Of a stretch of 64,000 nt of DNA, positions 47,931-59,239 are shown in pieces. The DNA lies in assembly GCF_006345805.1 (NCBI RefSeq), contig NC_043008.1:77872001-77936000 (forward strand), written 5' to 3'. Source of the stretch: Octopus sinensis. Its lineage: Eukaryota. The position numbers and the translations under genes were made by a program. The notes beneath the pieces were generated by a model. The model saw only the letters and a list, made by a program, of their open reading frames with translations. It did no database searches and was not told the origin of the DNA. Every line of letters starts with the position of its first letter. Position 1 is the first letter of the stretch.

Positions 47931-48357
47931 CAGGGGTTGGACAAAATAATGGAAACACCTAGCATCATAATTTTCAAAATACATATAACACCATCAGATG
48001 CTTGTTATTTTTATGTTTTTGATTTATTATTAGTTTTGTTTAATATGTTTTGCTAAACTTGCTGTTTCTTTTCAGATTATCATCATAAAAATGTAATTAA
48101 AATCCATTAAAATGACAGATCTATCGGACTTTCAAATAGTTCAAATTGTTGGTGCTCGTATGGCAAGCGCTAGCGTAACGAAAACAGCCGGATTGTTTGG
48201 TGTATCAAGAAATACTGTCTCGAAAGTAATGACAGCCTTTGAGAAAGAGGGAAGAACTGCCTTGTCGAAACAAAACTTCGGAAGAAAACCAAAACTTTCA
48301 GATAGGGACCGTAGGACTCTTGCGCAATTTGTTAGAAAGGATCACAAAAGTACAGCT
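47929..48357 (+). mobile_element. Tc1-like transposon 5' fragment
   Basis: TA-caggggttggacaaaataatggaaac terminal sequence; MTDLSDFQ..QIVGAR..GVSRNTVSKV..GRKPKLSDRDRRTL paired-like HTH. Confidence 0.85.
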
Positions 48358-48586
48358 CTGGCTTGTTGAGCAGGCCCACATTCCTCTTGATAAGGAGGCT
48401 AGTTCGTTGCAGGGTAACCCATTTACAGCTGGTCTGGAGCAACGTGAAATGAAGAGTTTTGCTCATGAACACGACGCGCAATCGGTCTGGGAGTAGAAAC
48501 AGCGACCTCATGACTGTGAAACCTACACGCCTCACCCCAGGTCATTCACCTTCACACACACGCACTCGCACACACAAACACACACA

Positions 48587-49834
48587 TACGAGGAGTATTC
48601 AGTAAATATTTCCCTGATCACTTCCGGTTATTTGAGGAAACGGATCTTGTACAGGTATAATCATACATGTCTCTACATGTCACATTGTAAATTGCAGCTT
48701 TCCGCTAGTATTCGTTTGTCTGTTACGGATCCTGAAGTGGACTAAGGTGTTATAATTGAGGCAGTTTAATGCATATCAGTGATCATATTCTTATACTTGA
48801 ATGGTCGTACACCAAAAGAGATTTCGATGAGGTGAAAGAAGTTTATATAACGACGCAGCATCATACGACGTAGTCAAGCACTGTCATCACCAGTTCAAAT
48901 ATGGTCAGACATCGGTGGAAACTGCTCCTATTCCTGGATGACCACATACCGCCATTCCATAAATTGGATACCACCCTTCTGGTGGATCGCCGAATATCTA
49001 TTCCACAACTAGCCCAAGAAGTGAAGATAAGGGTAAGATCCGTGGAAAAAATCATTCACAACAATTTGCACATGCGGAAGTTGTCTGCACAATGGATTCG
49101 CCGAATGCTCACACCTTTCCAGAAGCAAGAACAAGGCTCTTTTGGCAATGTGCCAAGAAAACGAGAACTTTTTAGGCAGATTTATCACACAGGATGAAAC
49201 ATGGGTCCATCGCTATGATCCTGAGACTAAAGTCCAGTCGAAGCAATGGAAGCATAATAACTCACCACCTCCAACTCTCTGCAGGCAAGATGATGCTCAC
49301 AGTCTTTTGGGACCAGCGCAGAGTAGTGCTGATGGATTTCCTGGCAAAGAGCACCACAATTAACGGGACATATTATGCTTCATTGTTGAAGAAATTGCGA
49401 GACGCCATCAAGGCAGAGAGGCGGGACATGCTAACCGAAGGAGTCCACCGCCTCCAAGACAAAGCCCCAGTTCACAATGCGCATGTTACACAAATGAAAG
49501 CACATACCTGCGACTATGAAATCCTTCCTCAACCCCTTACTCTCCCGACCTCGCATCGTCTGACTTCCACTTCTTTCCAGCCAAGCGTGTCGTTTTTGAA
49601 GGGGGAAGCATCTTTCGGATGATGATGAAGCTATTTCCGAGATAAAGTCTTAGCTCCAGACGTAACCTACCGAATTCAACACAGTAGGTCTTCAGAGCTA
49701 CATGAAGCGATGGGAGAAGTGTGTCATCATTAGCGGTAGCTATCTAGAGAAGAACTAATAATTATGCTAAGTTTCTTGTATCCCAGTCTTTAAGAAGTGG
49801 GTCAAGATAAATCTTTAATGAACACCGCCTCGTA
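48587..49834 (+). mobile_element. Full-span degenerate mariner (DD34D) transposon
   Basis: TA-cgagg ... cctcg-TA termini; RKLSAQWI.R.L, FITQDETWVH.YDPE, AGKMMLTVFWD, LQDKAPVH. Confidence 0.9.
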
Positions 49835-50232
49835 CACACATATATAATCCAAATAAAAGATATAGAAAGAGTTTATCACATCTTTAGTGATCGATTGTTT
49901 CTCTACGAACTCTGTTATAGCGCAAGAGTTCCATGTAAAAAGTTACATTTGCGGTTTTAAACATTAGAGTAGCAATCCATCTGATTTGCATCAAGATAAA
50001 AGCAAAACACAACGCTTCTCAGACGATATGGCCTCTGGATTTTCTACAGTTGAAGACTAGAATTCTAGAGTAAGACTAGAATTCTAGAGTGTAAATTGAC
50101 TGAAGCTCGAGCTTTTTATGCATTCTTTTTATTCATTATTTTATCCATTCAGGATTTCAACACACACACATACCTAAATACATGCATACATTATACACAC
50201 ATACACTCACACACACACACACACACACACAC

Positions 50233-50274
<42 letters not shown>

Positions 50275-50303
50275 AACATATATATATACATATATATATA
50301 TAT

Positions 50304-52758
50304 AATGATAAGAGTAAATAATTTCTATAAAGGCTTTTAAAAAAACCCCAATTATTTACTGGTAGAATTCGGTATGTAAATATAGCCGATTACCGGCAGG
50401 AACTTCTGTAAAGTTCAGTATATATATTGTATATAAGAAAAAGGGACAGGCAAAACAGGTTGCTTGACCGCATACCGAAAAAATAGAAATAGCAGTCAAG
50501 AATGCTTATTTCTATCAAAGTTGGACTCCGGGCATGACAGACCCTGTAATTCACATATGCAAAACAGAAGGAATAGATAACGAATACGAAGTCTGGCGGT
50601 TATCTGTGAACATCATGTTTCTGGATTATAAACATATTGAATATATATTCCATATATTTTTGATATATATTTCATATATATTGCATATATATTTCACATC
50701 CTTCTTCAGCACAGCTTTCCATTGAAAAAGATTTATCATAGATTTATCAAATGCTACGTACCTCAAACCTTCTGACCATGCGACATCAAAATATTTGAAG
50801 AAAGTGAGCAAAGGCTAAACCTACATAGACGTTTGAATTCATAAATCTTCCCTCCAAAATTTTGCCATGCGCATTACAGTTAGGTTGTCAAAGGGAGTGA
50901 AAAATCCAAATAGTAATATAATGATAAGAGTAAATAATTTCTATAAAGGCTTTTAAAAAAACCCCAATTATTTACTGGTAGAATTCGGTATGTAAATATA
51001 GCCGATTACCGGCAGGAACTTCTGTAAAGTTCAGTATATATATTGTATATAAGAAAAAGGGACAGGCAAAACAGGTTGCTTGACCGCATACCGAAAAAAT
51101 AGAAATAGCAGTCAAGAATGCTTATTTCTATCAAAGTTGGACTCCGGGCATGACAGACCCTGTAATGCGCATGGCAAAATTTTGGAGGGAAGATTTATGA
51201 ATTCAAACGTCTATGTAGGTTTAGCCTTTGCTCACTTTCTTCAAATATTTTGATGTCGCATGGTCAGAAGGTTTGAGGTACGTAGCATTTGATAAATCTA
51301 TGATAAATCTTTTTCAATGGAAAGCTGTGCTGAAGAAGGATGTGAAATATATATGCAATGTATATGAAATATATATCAAAAATATATATGAAATATATAT
51401 GAAATATGTTTATAATCCAGAAACATGATGTTCACAGATAACCGCCAGACTTCGTATTCGTTATCTATTCCTTCTGTTTTGCATATGTGAATTACAGGGT
51501 CTGTCATGCCCGGAGTCCAACTTTGATAGAAATAAGCATTCTTGACTGCTATTTCTATTTTTTCGGTATGCGGTCAAGCAACCTGTTTTGCCTGTCCCTT
51601 TTTCTTATATACAATATATATACTGAACTTTGCAGAATTTCCTGCCGGTAATCGGCTATATTTACATACCGAATTCTACCAGTAAATAATTGGGGTTTTT
51701 TTAAAAGCCTTTATAGAAATTATTTACTCTTATCATTATATTACTATTTGGATTTTTCACTCCCTTTGACAACCTAACTGTAATGCGCATGGCAAAATTT
51801 CGGAGGGAAGATTTATGAATTCAAACGTCTATGTAGGTTTAGCCTTTGCTCACTTTCTTCAAATATTTTGATGTCGCATGGTCAGAAGGTTTGAGGTACG
51901 TAGCATTTGATAAATCTATGATAAATCTTTTTCAATGGAAAGCTGTGCTGAAGAAGGATGTGAAATATATATGCAATATATATGAAATATATATCACAAA
52001 TATATGGAATATATATTCAATATGTTTATAATCCAGAAACATGATGTTCCTTCTGTTTTGCATATGTGGATTACAGGGTCTGTCATGCCCGGAGTCCAAC
52101 TTTGATAGAAATAAGCATTCTTGACTGCTATTTCTATTTTTTCGGTATGCGGTCAAGCAACCTGTTTTGCCTGTCCCTTTTTCTTATATACAATATATAT
52201 ACTGAACTTTACAGAAGTTCCTGCCGGTAATCGGCTATATTTACATACCGAATTCTACCAGTAAATAATTGGGGTTTTTTTAAAAGCCTTTATAGAAATT
52301 ATTTACTCTTATCATTATATTACTATTTGGATTTTTCACTCCCTTTGACAACCTAACTGTAATGCGCATGGCAAAATTTCGGAGGGAAGATTTATGAATT
52401 TAAACGTCTATGTAGGTTTAGCCTTTGCTCACTTTCTTCAAATATTTTGATGTCGCATGGTCAGAAGGTTTGAGGTACGTAGCATTTGATAAATCTATGA
52501 TAAATCTTTTTCAATGGAAAGCTGTGCTGAAGAAGGATGTGAAATATATATGCAATATATATGAAATATATATCAAAAATATATGGAATATATGTTCAAT
52601 ATGTTTATAATCCAGAAACATGATGTTCACAGATAACCGCCAGACTTCGTATTCGTTATCTATTCCTTCTGTTTTGCATATGTGAATTACAGGGTCTGTC
52701 ATGCCCGGAGTCCAACTTTGATAGAAATAAGCATTCTTGACTGCTATTTCTATTTTTT

Positions 52759-52770
<12 letters not shown>
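50304..52770. repeat. Array of a 616-bp unit: about 1.4 units in one orientation (50304-51163) fused to about 2.6 units in the other (51158-52770)
   Basis: aatgataagag recurs at 50304 and 50920; gtaatgcgcatgg at 51162, 51780 and 52359; near-identical units. Confidence 0.95.
52522..52632 (+). ncRNA. Type I hammerhead ribozyme-like motif in the 616-bp unit (also 51325-51437 + and 50604-50714 -)
   Basis: ctgtg-CTGAAGA-a-ggat[AT-rich loop]atcc-a-GAAA-ca(tga)tg-TT-cacag. Confidence 0.6.
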
Positions 52771-52803
<33 letters not shown>

Positions 52804-52807
52804 CATT

Positions 52808-52854
<47 letters not shown>

Positions 52855-53010
52855 AACAATTGCAGCGTGGAAGGTGTTTATAAACCATTTAAGAAACACA
52901 CAAAACCGTTAGATTCACTTCAAAATTTAAATTTAATTTGTCAAAATATTTTCGTCGCTTTGAGACCGCGACCTATTCACTGACAAAACTTCGTGCTGCA
53001 CGAACAAATT
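52855..53010 (-). mobile_element. Short repeat (putative Penelope terminal-repeat fragment); a truncated homologue lies at about 10715-10800
   Basis: tgcag.gtggaa.gtgtttataa..catttaa.aaacacacaaaaccgtt.gattcac.tcaa is shared; contains a hammerhead-like motif. Confidence 0.6.
52937..52988 (-). ncRNA. Minimal type I hammerhead-like motif with a G3.U8 core
   Basis: tttgtca-GTGAATA-g-gtcgc(ggtctcaaa)gcgac-GAAA-atat-TT-tgacaaa; palindromic stem III AAUAUU. Confidence 0.55.
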
Positions 53011-53266
53011 TATTGCAATTCATTCCGCTTTCGTACAATTTATTCTGTTTTATTTACTTTATTTTTATTCTATTTTATTATTTCTTTAAATTTTTATTCG
53101 TTATTTTTCATTTTTATTCATTATTTTCATTTTTTTATTACTTTTATTTTTATTTCATTTTTGCACTTATATACTATAATTATATACCTTAACAAGTGAC
53201 TTAGAAAGAAATATATATACGTATATACATGGTTATTGACATCCATACTCGTTGCGAGTATATATA

Positions 53267-53311
<45 letters not shown>

Positions 53312-53456
53312 TATACATGCATATACGCATAGACATACGCACATACATATACAAAGATGTGCATAAATTTTATTTCATATTCTTATTTTATTCATTATGT
53401 AATTTTACTCTTATATACTATAACTCATTATTCATTATTATTATTATTATTATTAT

Positions 53457-53503
<47 letters not shown>

Positions 53504-53850
53504 TAAATACTATTGAATAAGAAATAAAATTAATGATTTTAACGCATGCGTACGTACAGACGTAGACATACACTCAAAAATATGATGATATATTCTGAGT
53601 ATATTGGAATATTACAACGGATCCTAATGCAATCTTTGTATTGTCCTTTTGTACACCCTAATGAGTTTTCACCAGGCATCTTAAAATGCAAGATTATATT
53701 TTTATATATGTTTTGTAGTTTTCATTTTGGCTGAGAAAAATTGTAGGTGAAGATAATTAATTAATTAATTAATCTTTATCCATTAGATCTCTCCGTTTTC
53801 AAACTTATCTGATATCTTATAATATTTGATATCTTATAAGTTTTATATAT

Positions 53851-53881
<31 letters not shown>

Positions 53882-54171
53882 AGGCTAACAATATTGTTTA
53901 GCTTAGAAAATAATTCCAAGTATTCTTTTTGTAGGACCCGAGGTGCATCGCCATTCTATATAGTAAATCCTTGGTTGTGTTCCAGTTAGATTAGTTTGGT
54001 TTGTACACAGAGTGATATACAAGATAAGGTATAAATAATGATCATTACATCCAGTAGTCATCATAGGTTCATTACTGATAGGTTTCTCAACTGATCAATA
54101 GATCAGTTGAGAAACGTTGAATGACCTAAAAAATTAATGTTACTTTCGTCAGAGCCACTTCCGGCTATATA

Positions 54172-55038
54172 TACAGGGTGTGATGGGTAAACTGTCGCTA
54201 TTTTATATCTTTAATTTCGGGCACGCACATTGTTTGTTTTTAATTTTGTTAACTACAGAGAACAGTTTGGTCAGTTAGGCACCGTTTGTGAGATAAACTG
54301 CACCGTGACACAATTCACTTGAACAGAAATGTGGCAACAACACGCTGTTTCATGCCAGAAAATATAATACGAACAGATGGTGAACACACAGAACAACCGT
54401 TTGCTTGCTGTGTCCCTAAAACATGTACTGAGAGTGATAAAACATAAACACCCAGTCAACATTATCTTGGTGTTTGGGGTGATCACTACTGATGGCGACG
54501 TTATGACTCCATTCAACTTCCCACACAGCTTTAGAGTCAACACGGAGACCTACATCAAGCAGGAAGTAGTGCTGCCCTGGGTCAAGAAGGAGGATGCTGG
54601 AAGACCCTATGTCGGAGAAAAGGACTCTGCACCATGCAACACAAGCAGGAGAACCCAGTCATGGCTGTCAGACACTTTCTACAACTACATAACCCCTTAT
54701 ATCTGGCCACCTAACTCCCCAGATTGCAACCCCCTCGATTATAATGTGTGGGGCGCAGTTGAGGAGAGACCAACAAAATTCTTCGTAACACCAAAAATGA
54801 ACTGAAGGCAAGGATTATGGCAGCATTCACCAGTTTAAACAAGGAGACAGTCCTGAATAGTTGGAGGGGATCCCGAAGTCGCTTGGAAACTGTTGTTGCA
54901 GCGAATGACGATTTTATTGAATGAATTTACTGTTTCGTATTTTAAGCAATTTTGGTAAATATATCTGTTAAAATGACAGGTCAATGTTATTTTTATTTTT
55001 GCGTAATTTAGACGACAATATATTAAGTGCATCCTGTA
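54172..55038 (+). mobile_element. Internally deleted maT (DD37D) Tc1/mariner element
   Basis: TA-cagggtg ... catcctg-TA ends; D-SAPCNTSRRTQSWLSDTFYNYITPYIWPPNSPDCNPL-D has 37 residues between the two D. Confidence 0.9.
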
Positions 55039-55123
55039 TATATATATATATATTATATATATATATATATATATAATATATATATACATACAAACACACA
55101 CACACACACATAAAAATATAGAT

Positions 55124-55166
<43 letters not shown>

Positions 55167-55187
55167 TATACATATATATATATATAC

Positions 55188-55226
<39 letters not shown>

Positions 55227-55238
55227 TCTATATATATA

Positions 55239-55446
55239 CTAGCAGTATAGCCCGGCGTTGCTCGGGTTTGTTTTTTAGTTGCGCTTAAAACGGCAGACTC
55301 TGATGTCGCGTTAACAAAGTTTTGACATAGTTTCAATCTATGAATAAAAGTATAGTGTGGCGATGCTCGAGTGTGCACTGAATGTGCTGCAAATGTTGAC
55401 GGCTACCAAACCTGCCACACACACACACACACACAGATAACTTCAG

Positions 55447-55460
<14 letters not shown>
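55239..55460 (-). mobile_element. Miniature non-autonomous Helitron
   Basis: Minus-strand 3' end cccgagcaacgccgggctatactgCTAG, nearly identical to 46351-46378; 5' tataaaagctgaagtt in a (TA)n run. Confidence 0.8.
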
Positions 55461-55514
<54 letters not shown>

Positions 55515-55522
<8 letters not shown>

Positions 55523-56117
55523 GAGAAAGAAGCAACAAGAATGGATTGGTTTTTAGTACAATTGTTTCATACAAAGACAGGCTTTATTACAAGTTGCAAA
55601 AATTGCAGCAGATAAAAGTGTCCCGTACTCATCAGCTAAAATACATTTGAGTTCTCTAGACATCTTAGTGGGTGAGGTTATACTCATGAAATATTGGAGA
55701 TAGTTCCATTAGAGGCAGATATAAGTTGTAAACAGTTTTCCAAAGTTCCTTAATGATGATGCACAGTCTTATCACAGATTTTTAAAAACTTATTAGTTTC
55801 GAAGAGAAGATGAATCAATCCATAGTGTAGATTTAAATTTCCAGAGATATGAGGAGGAGGATGCACAGACTTATCACAGGTTTTTAAAAACTTATTAGCT
55901 TCACAGAAAAGGTGAATTAATCCATAGTGAAGATTTACATTTCCAGTGGTAAGATGAGGAATTTCATACTCACAGACGATGTATTTAACCATTATTAATC
56001 CACAATCATTTCATGCTATATGATAAGGTAATTTGCCATGTTATTGCTCTCCGTGCAAAACTGCTATGTTGAGATTTCTAAAGGCTGAAGGAATTTATTT
56101 GTGGGGCAAAGAAAATA
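55515..56117 (-). repeat. Left inverted arm (copy of 59729-60338), containing a 102-bp internal tandem duplication
   Basis: Near-identical reverse complement; ORFs 55750-55992 (-) and 59863-60105 (+) differ at only two of 80 residues. Confidence 0.95.
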
Positions 56118-58630
56118 AAATAAAACTGGCAATATGTATAGAGTAGATTACACTCTTTATAGCAAATTAATCATGAAAGAACTAAACTCCAAATATAAAA
56201 TTACGACTAAGAATAATTTGAAAAAGTAAACCTGGAAATAAAAGAGATTATGGAGAAATTAAATTTGACGGATAGAACAGAGCCGCTCAAACCATGTGAG
56301 CCCAGAATCAACCTTAAAGACCACTAAAAGAATTTCTTGGAAAACCCTTCGGTAAGGTTGATTTGTCCAACTAAGTCGGACATTGGCCGACTTAGTAAAT
56401 CTATCCTGGATACTGTTCTACCCCAAATAACCCCTTTCTTCCCTTAAGCCTATGGCTAAATACAGATGAAGTTCTAAAATGGTTTAACTCTCTAAATAAT
56501 ACTAGTAGTCTGTCCTTTATTCAGTTCGATATAAATAGTTATTACTCTAGTATTTCCCCTATCTTGCTAAACAAATCACTAATTTTTGCTATGAATCGCT
56601 CCCTCATATCTAGAGAAGAAATCAATATTGTGCTACTAGCTAGGAAAACATTTATAGAATTTGAAGATAAGTTATGGACTAGAGCAGATACACCTAATTA
56701 TTTTGATATACCCATGGGTTCCAGTGATTCGGCTGAGGTAACTAACCTAGTAGGCGCGTATCTATTAAAATGCATAAGTAAGGATATTCCAGAACTACAA
56801 GGCGGTTTATATAGGGATGATGCTCTGTTTGTTATCCCTAGTAATAATACATCTAGTATAGAAAGGATTAGAAAGAGAATTAATAAGTTTTTTAAAGATT
56901 TTAACCTCAACATAACGTATGAACCTGGCACTAAAATAGTTAATTTCCTAGATATTACGTTAGACCTTAACTCCAAGCTGCATTACCCATTTAGAAAAGA
57001 AGGCGAAATCACGAGATACGTAAACAAATTATCCAACCATCCACCAAATATAATTGAATCTTTAGCCAGAAATATTTCATTAAGAATTTCAAAATTATCT
57101 TCAAATAAGGATATATTTAACTCCCATTCTGAGCATTATAATACAGCGTTAACTAAGGCAGGATACAACCAAAAAATTACATTCATAGATAAGGGGAACT
57201 TACATATTCCTAATAAAGAAGTTATCATTAATCACATAAGCAGCAATATAGACCAGGCCCGAAATAGAAGTAGAAATAGATTCACGGTAACCGCAAATCT
57301 AGCGTACAAGCCCAATAATTCAAATAGAAGTAAAAACCAAAGCATAGGTAATTCGGATAAAATGGAATTAGATAAATCAAAAATGCACACAAATTATAGT
57401 AGTAAGTACAATGACTTTAATAAGATGAATAATAATAATAATTCTACGAACCCTGATTCTAATTCAAGGAAATTTAATAGAAATAAAAATAAAAAAATAT
57501 AATATGGCTGAATATTCCTTTCAACTGGGCGATTCAATCGGATATACAGAGCAAATTCAAAGTAATTCTAGAAAAAAATTTCCCAATCTCTCATAGATAT
57601 CATAGAATTATTTCTAAGAAAACAGTTAGAATTTCTTATTCAACCCTCCCAAATATGTCCACTTTAATAGCTAAGATTAATAATAACAACATTAAACTAG
57701 CCAGGAAAGATGAAAATAAAAATAATAATAACAACATGAATACCAATAACAATTATAACAATACTAACAACAATAAACGCAACAATAGTAACTATCAAAA
57801 CACGGATGGAATCAGTAACCACAAAACGACTAATAATAATATTAGCAGTAATAAGAGTAGTAATAATACCGATACTAATAGAAGTAAAAATGTTAATAAT
57901 AGAAGTAAGGCTAATAGAGAAAACGCGGAGAAGGAAAATATCAGTGATATCTATAGTAACAATATACAGTTTGATAACAATACTAACAATAATAGTAACA
58001 TTACTAATAATGTAAATAATCATGGTAGGACTTTAGACCTAAAAGATGGAGCAATAGGATCAATAAATAATAACAATGCTTTAGATAACAGCACCAACTA
58101 TAATAATAATAATAATAATAAGGATAATTATACTCATGATAATCATAATAATAAGAACATAAGACATCTACCCATGAATAATCCAACTTCTGAAGTTGTT
58201 CCTCCTGCGTGTAAGTATAGAATTAAGTCAAGATGCCCGGCACCCGGTCTTTGCGGGGAAAATAACGTAATCTATAAATGTACCATATCTACTGAGAATA
58301 ACAAATTATTTACATTGGATGCACAATAAATTTTAATAAAAGGGTTAGAAATCACATCTCATCTTTTGGATTACGTCATAAAGCTGGTACCACCACACTT
58401 TCAAGTAAAATCTGGGAACTCAAAAATAATAACAAGAATTATAATCTTAATTGGGAAATAGTTAGGAGAGCAATACCGTATAAAAATAGCAGGGTTGGTT
58501 GCCAACTCTGCTCAATGGAGACCTATGAAATTCTAAGGCATAGAAAAAATAGAAACTTGTTAAATAACCATATTGAAGTAGGACAAGTTTGTGTCCACGC
58601 TAAATTGAAGACCCTAAAATATTTTAAGTG
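56115..58630 (+). mobile_element. 5'-truncated Penelope-like element, RT + GIY-YIG endonuclease, with few frameshifts
   Basis: KTGNMY; IPMGSSDSAEV..LVG, GLYRDDAL, VNFLDITLDL, YPFRK, SNHPP; IWLNIPF, SYSTLPNM; CPAPGLC..NVIYKC..YIGC..FNKRVRNH..WEIV..CQLCSMETYEI. Confidence 0.92.
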
Positions 58631-59239
58631 AATAACTGTATAGAATAATCGTAACAAGATAGGTAGATAAATATAACCGGGTCTTTAATAGTATAACATT
58701 TTTTTAAGTAGATATCTGCGATTTCTCACACTATACTTATCTTTTTCTTTGTAACTACACCTGATTTTAAACATTGGGAAATTAAAATAGTATTCGTACA
58801 TTGCTTAATTGAAAGTTTATCTAATTCTTAATTCTTAAATCTTAATTTTTAGTGTTTATTTAATTCTTAAATCTTAATTTTAAATTTTAAATTTTTTAAT
58901 TTTTAATTTTAGAACTTAATCTAGTTTAGGTAACACTACTTTAATAAATTATGTTACTAAAGCTTAACAATTCTATTACAGAATTAATTAAGTGAAGAAA
59001 CTCCCTTGAAAGTAGTATGATAAACTTCAATAAAATAGACAATTCCATCACACCTTGTTAATTAAATTCTAGGTTTTGACCGGTAGTCCGTTAATGTATT
59101 GATACAATTTTTAAGACAGTAACATGAATAAATAAATAAATAAATAATTTAAATGACCTCTGGTTAAGGGTTGCACTTAGATCCTTTCTCTTATTGTATT
59201 TCCTTTTAACGATAGCTATTGACCCCTCTGCCCCTGACC

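Noticed and set aside
52527-52570. Alternative minimal hammerhead using the first GAAA (CTGAAGA-aggatgt-GAAA)
   Set aside because: No downstream UH followed by a strand complementary to stem I. Only the distal GAAA (52615-52618) closes all stems.
50626-52610. Four copies of a 61-66-aa ORF MLTFFKYFDVAWSEG...
   Set aside because: It starts at a non-ATG codon, has no recognisable domain and runs into TA-rich sequence. The repetition simply reflects the near-identical 616-bp units.
50304-52770. CRISPR-like or prokaryotic repeat array
   Set aside because: The units are about 616 bp and identical throughout, with no unique spacers and no cas genes; the context is eukaryotic.
58985-59030. Hammerhead in the 3' region of the Penelope element (GTGAAGA...GAAA)
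   Set aside because: G3/G8 cannot pair and stems I and III do not form.
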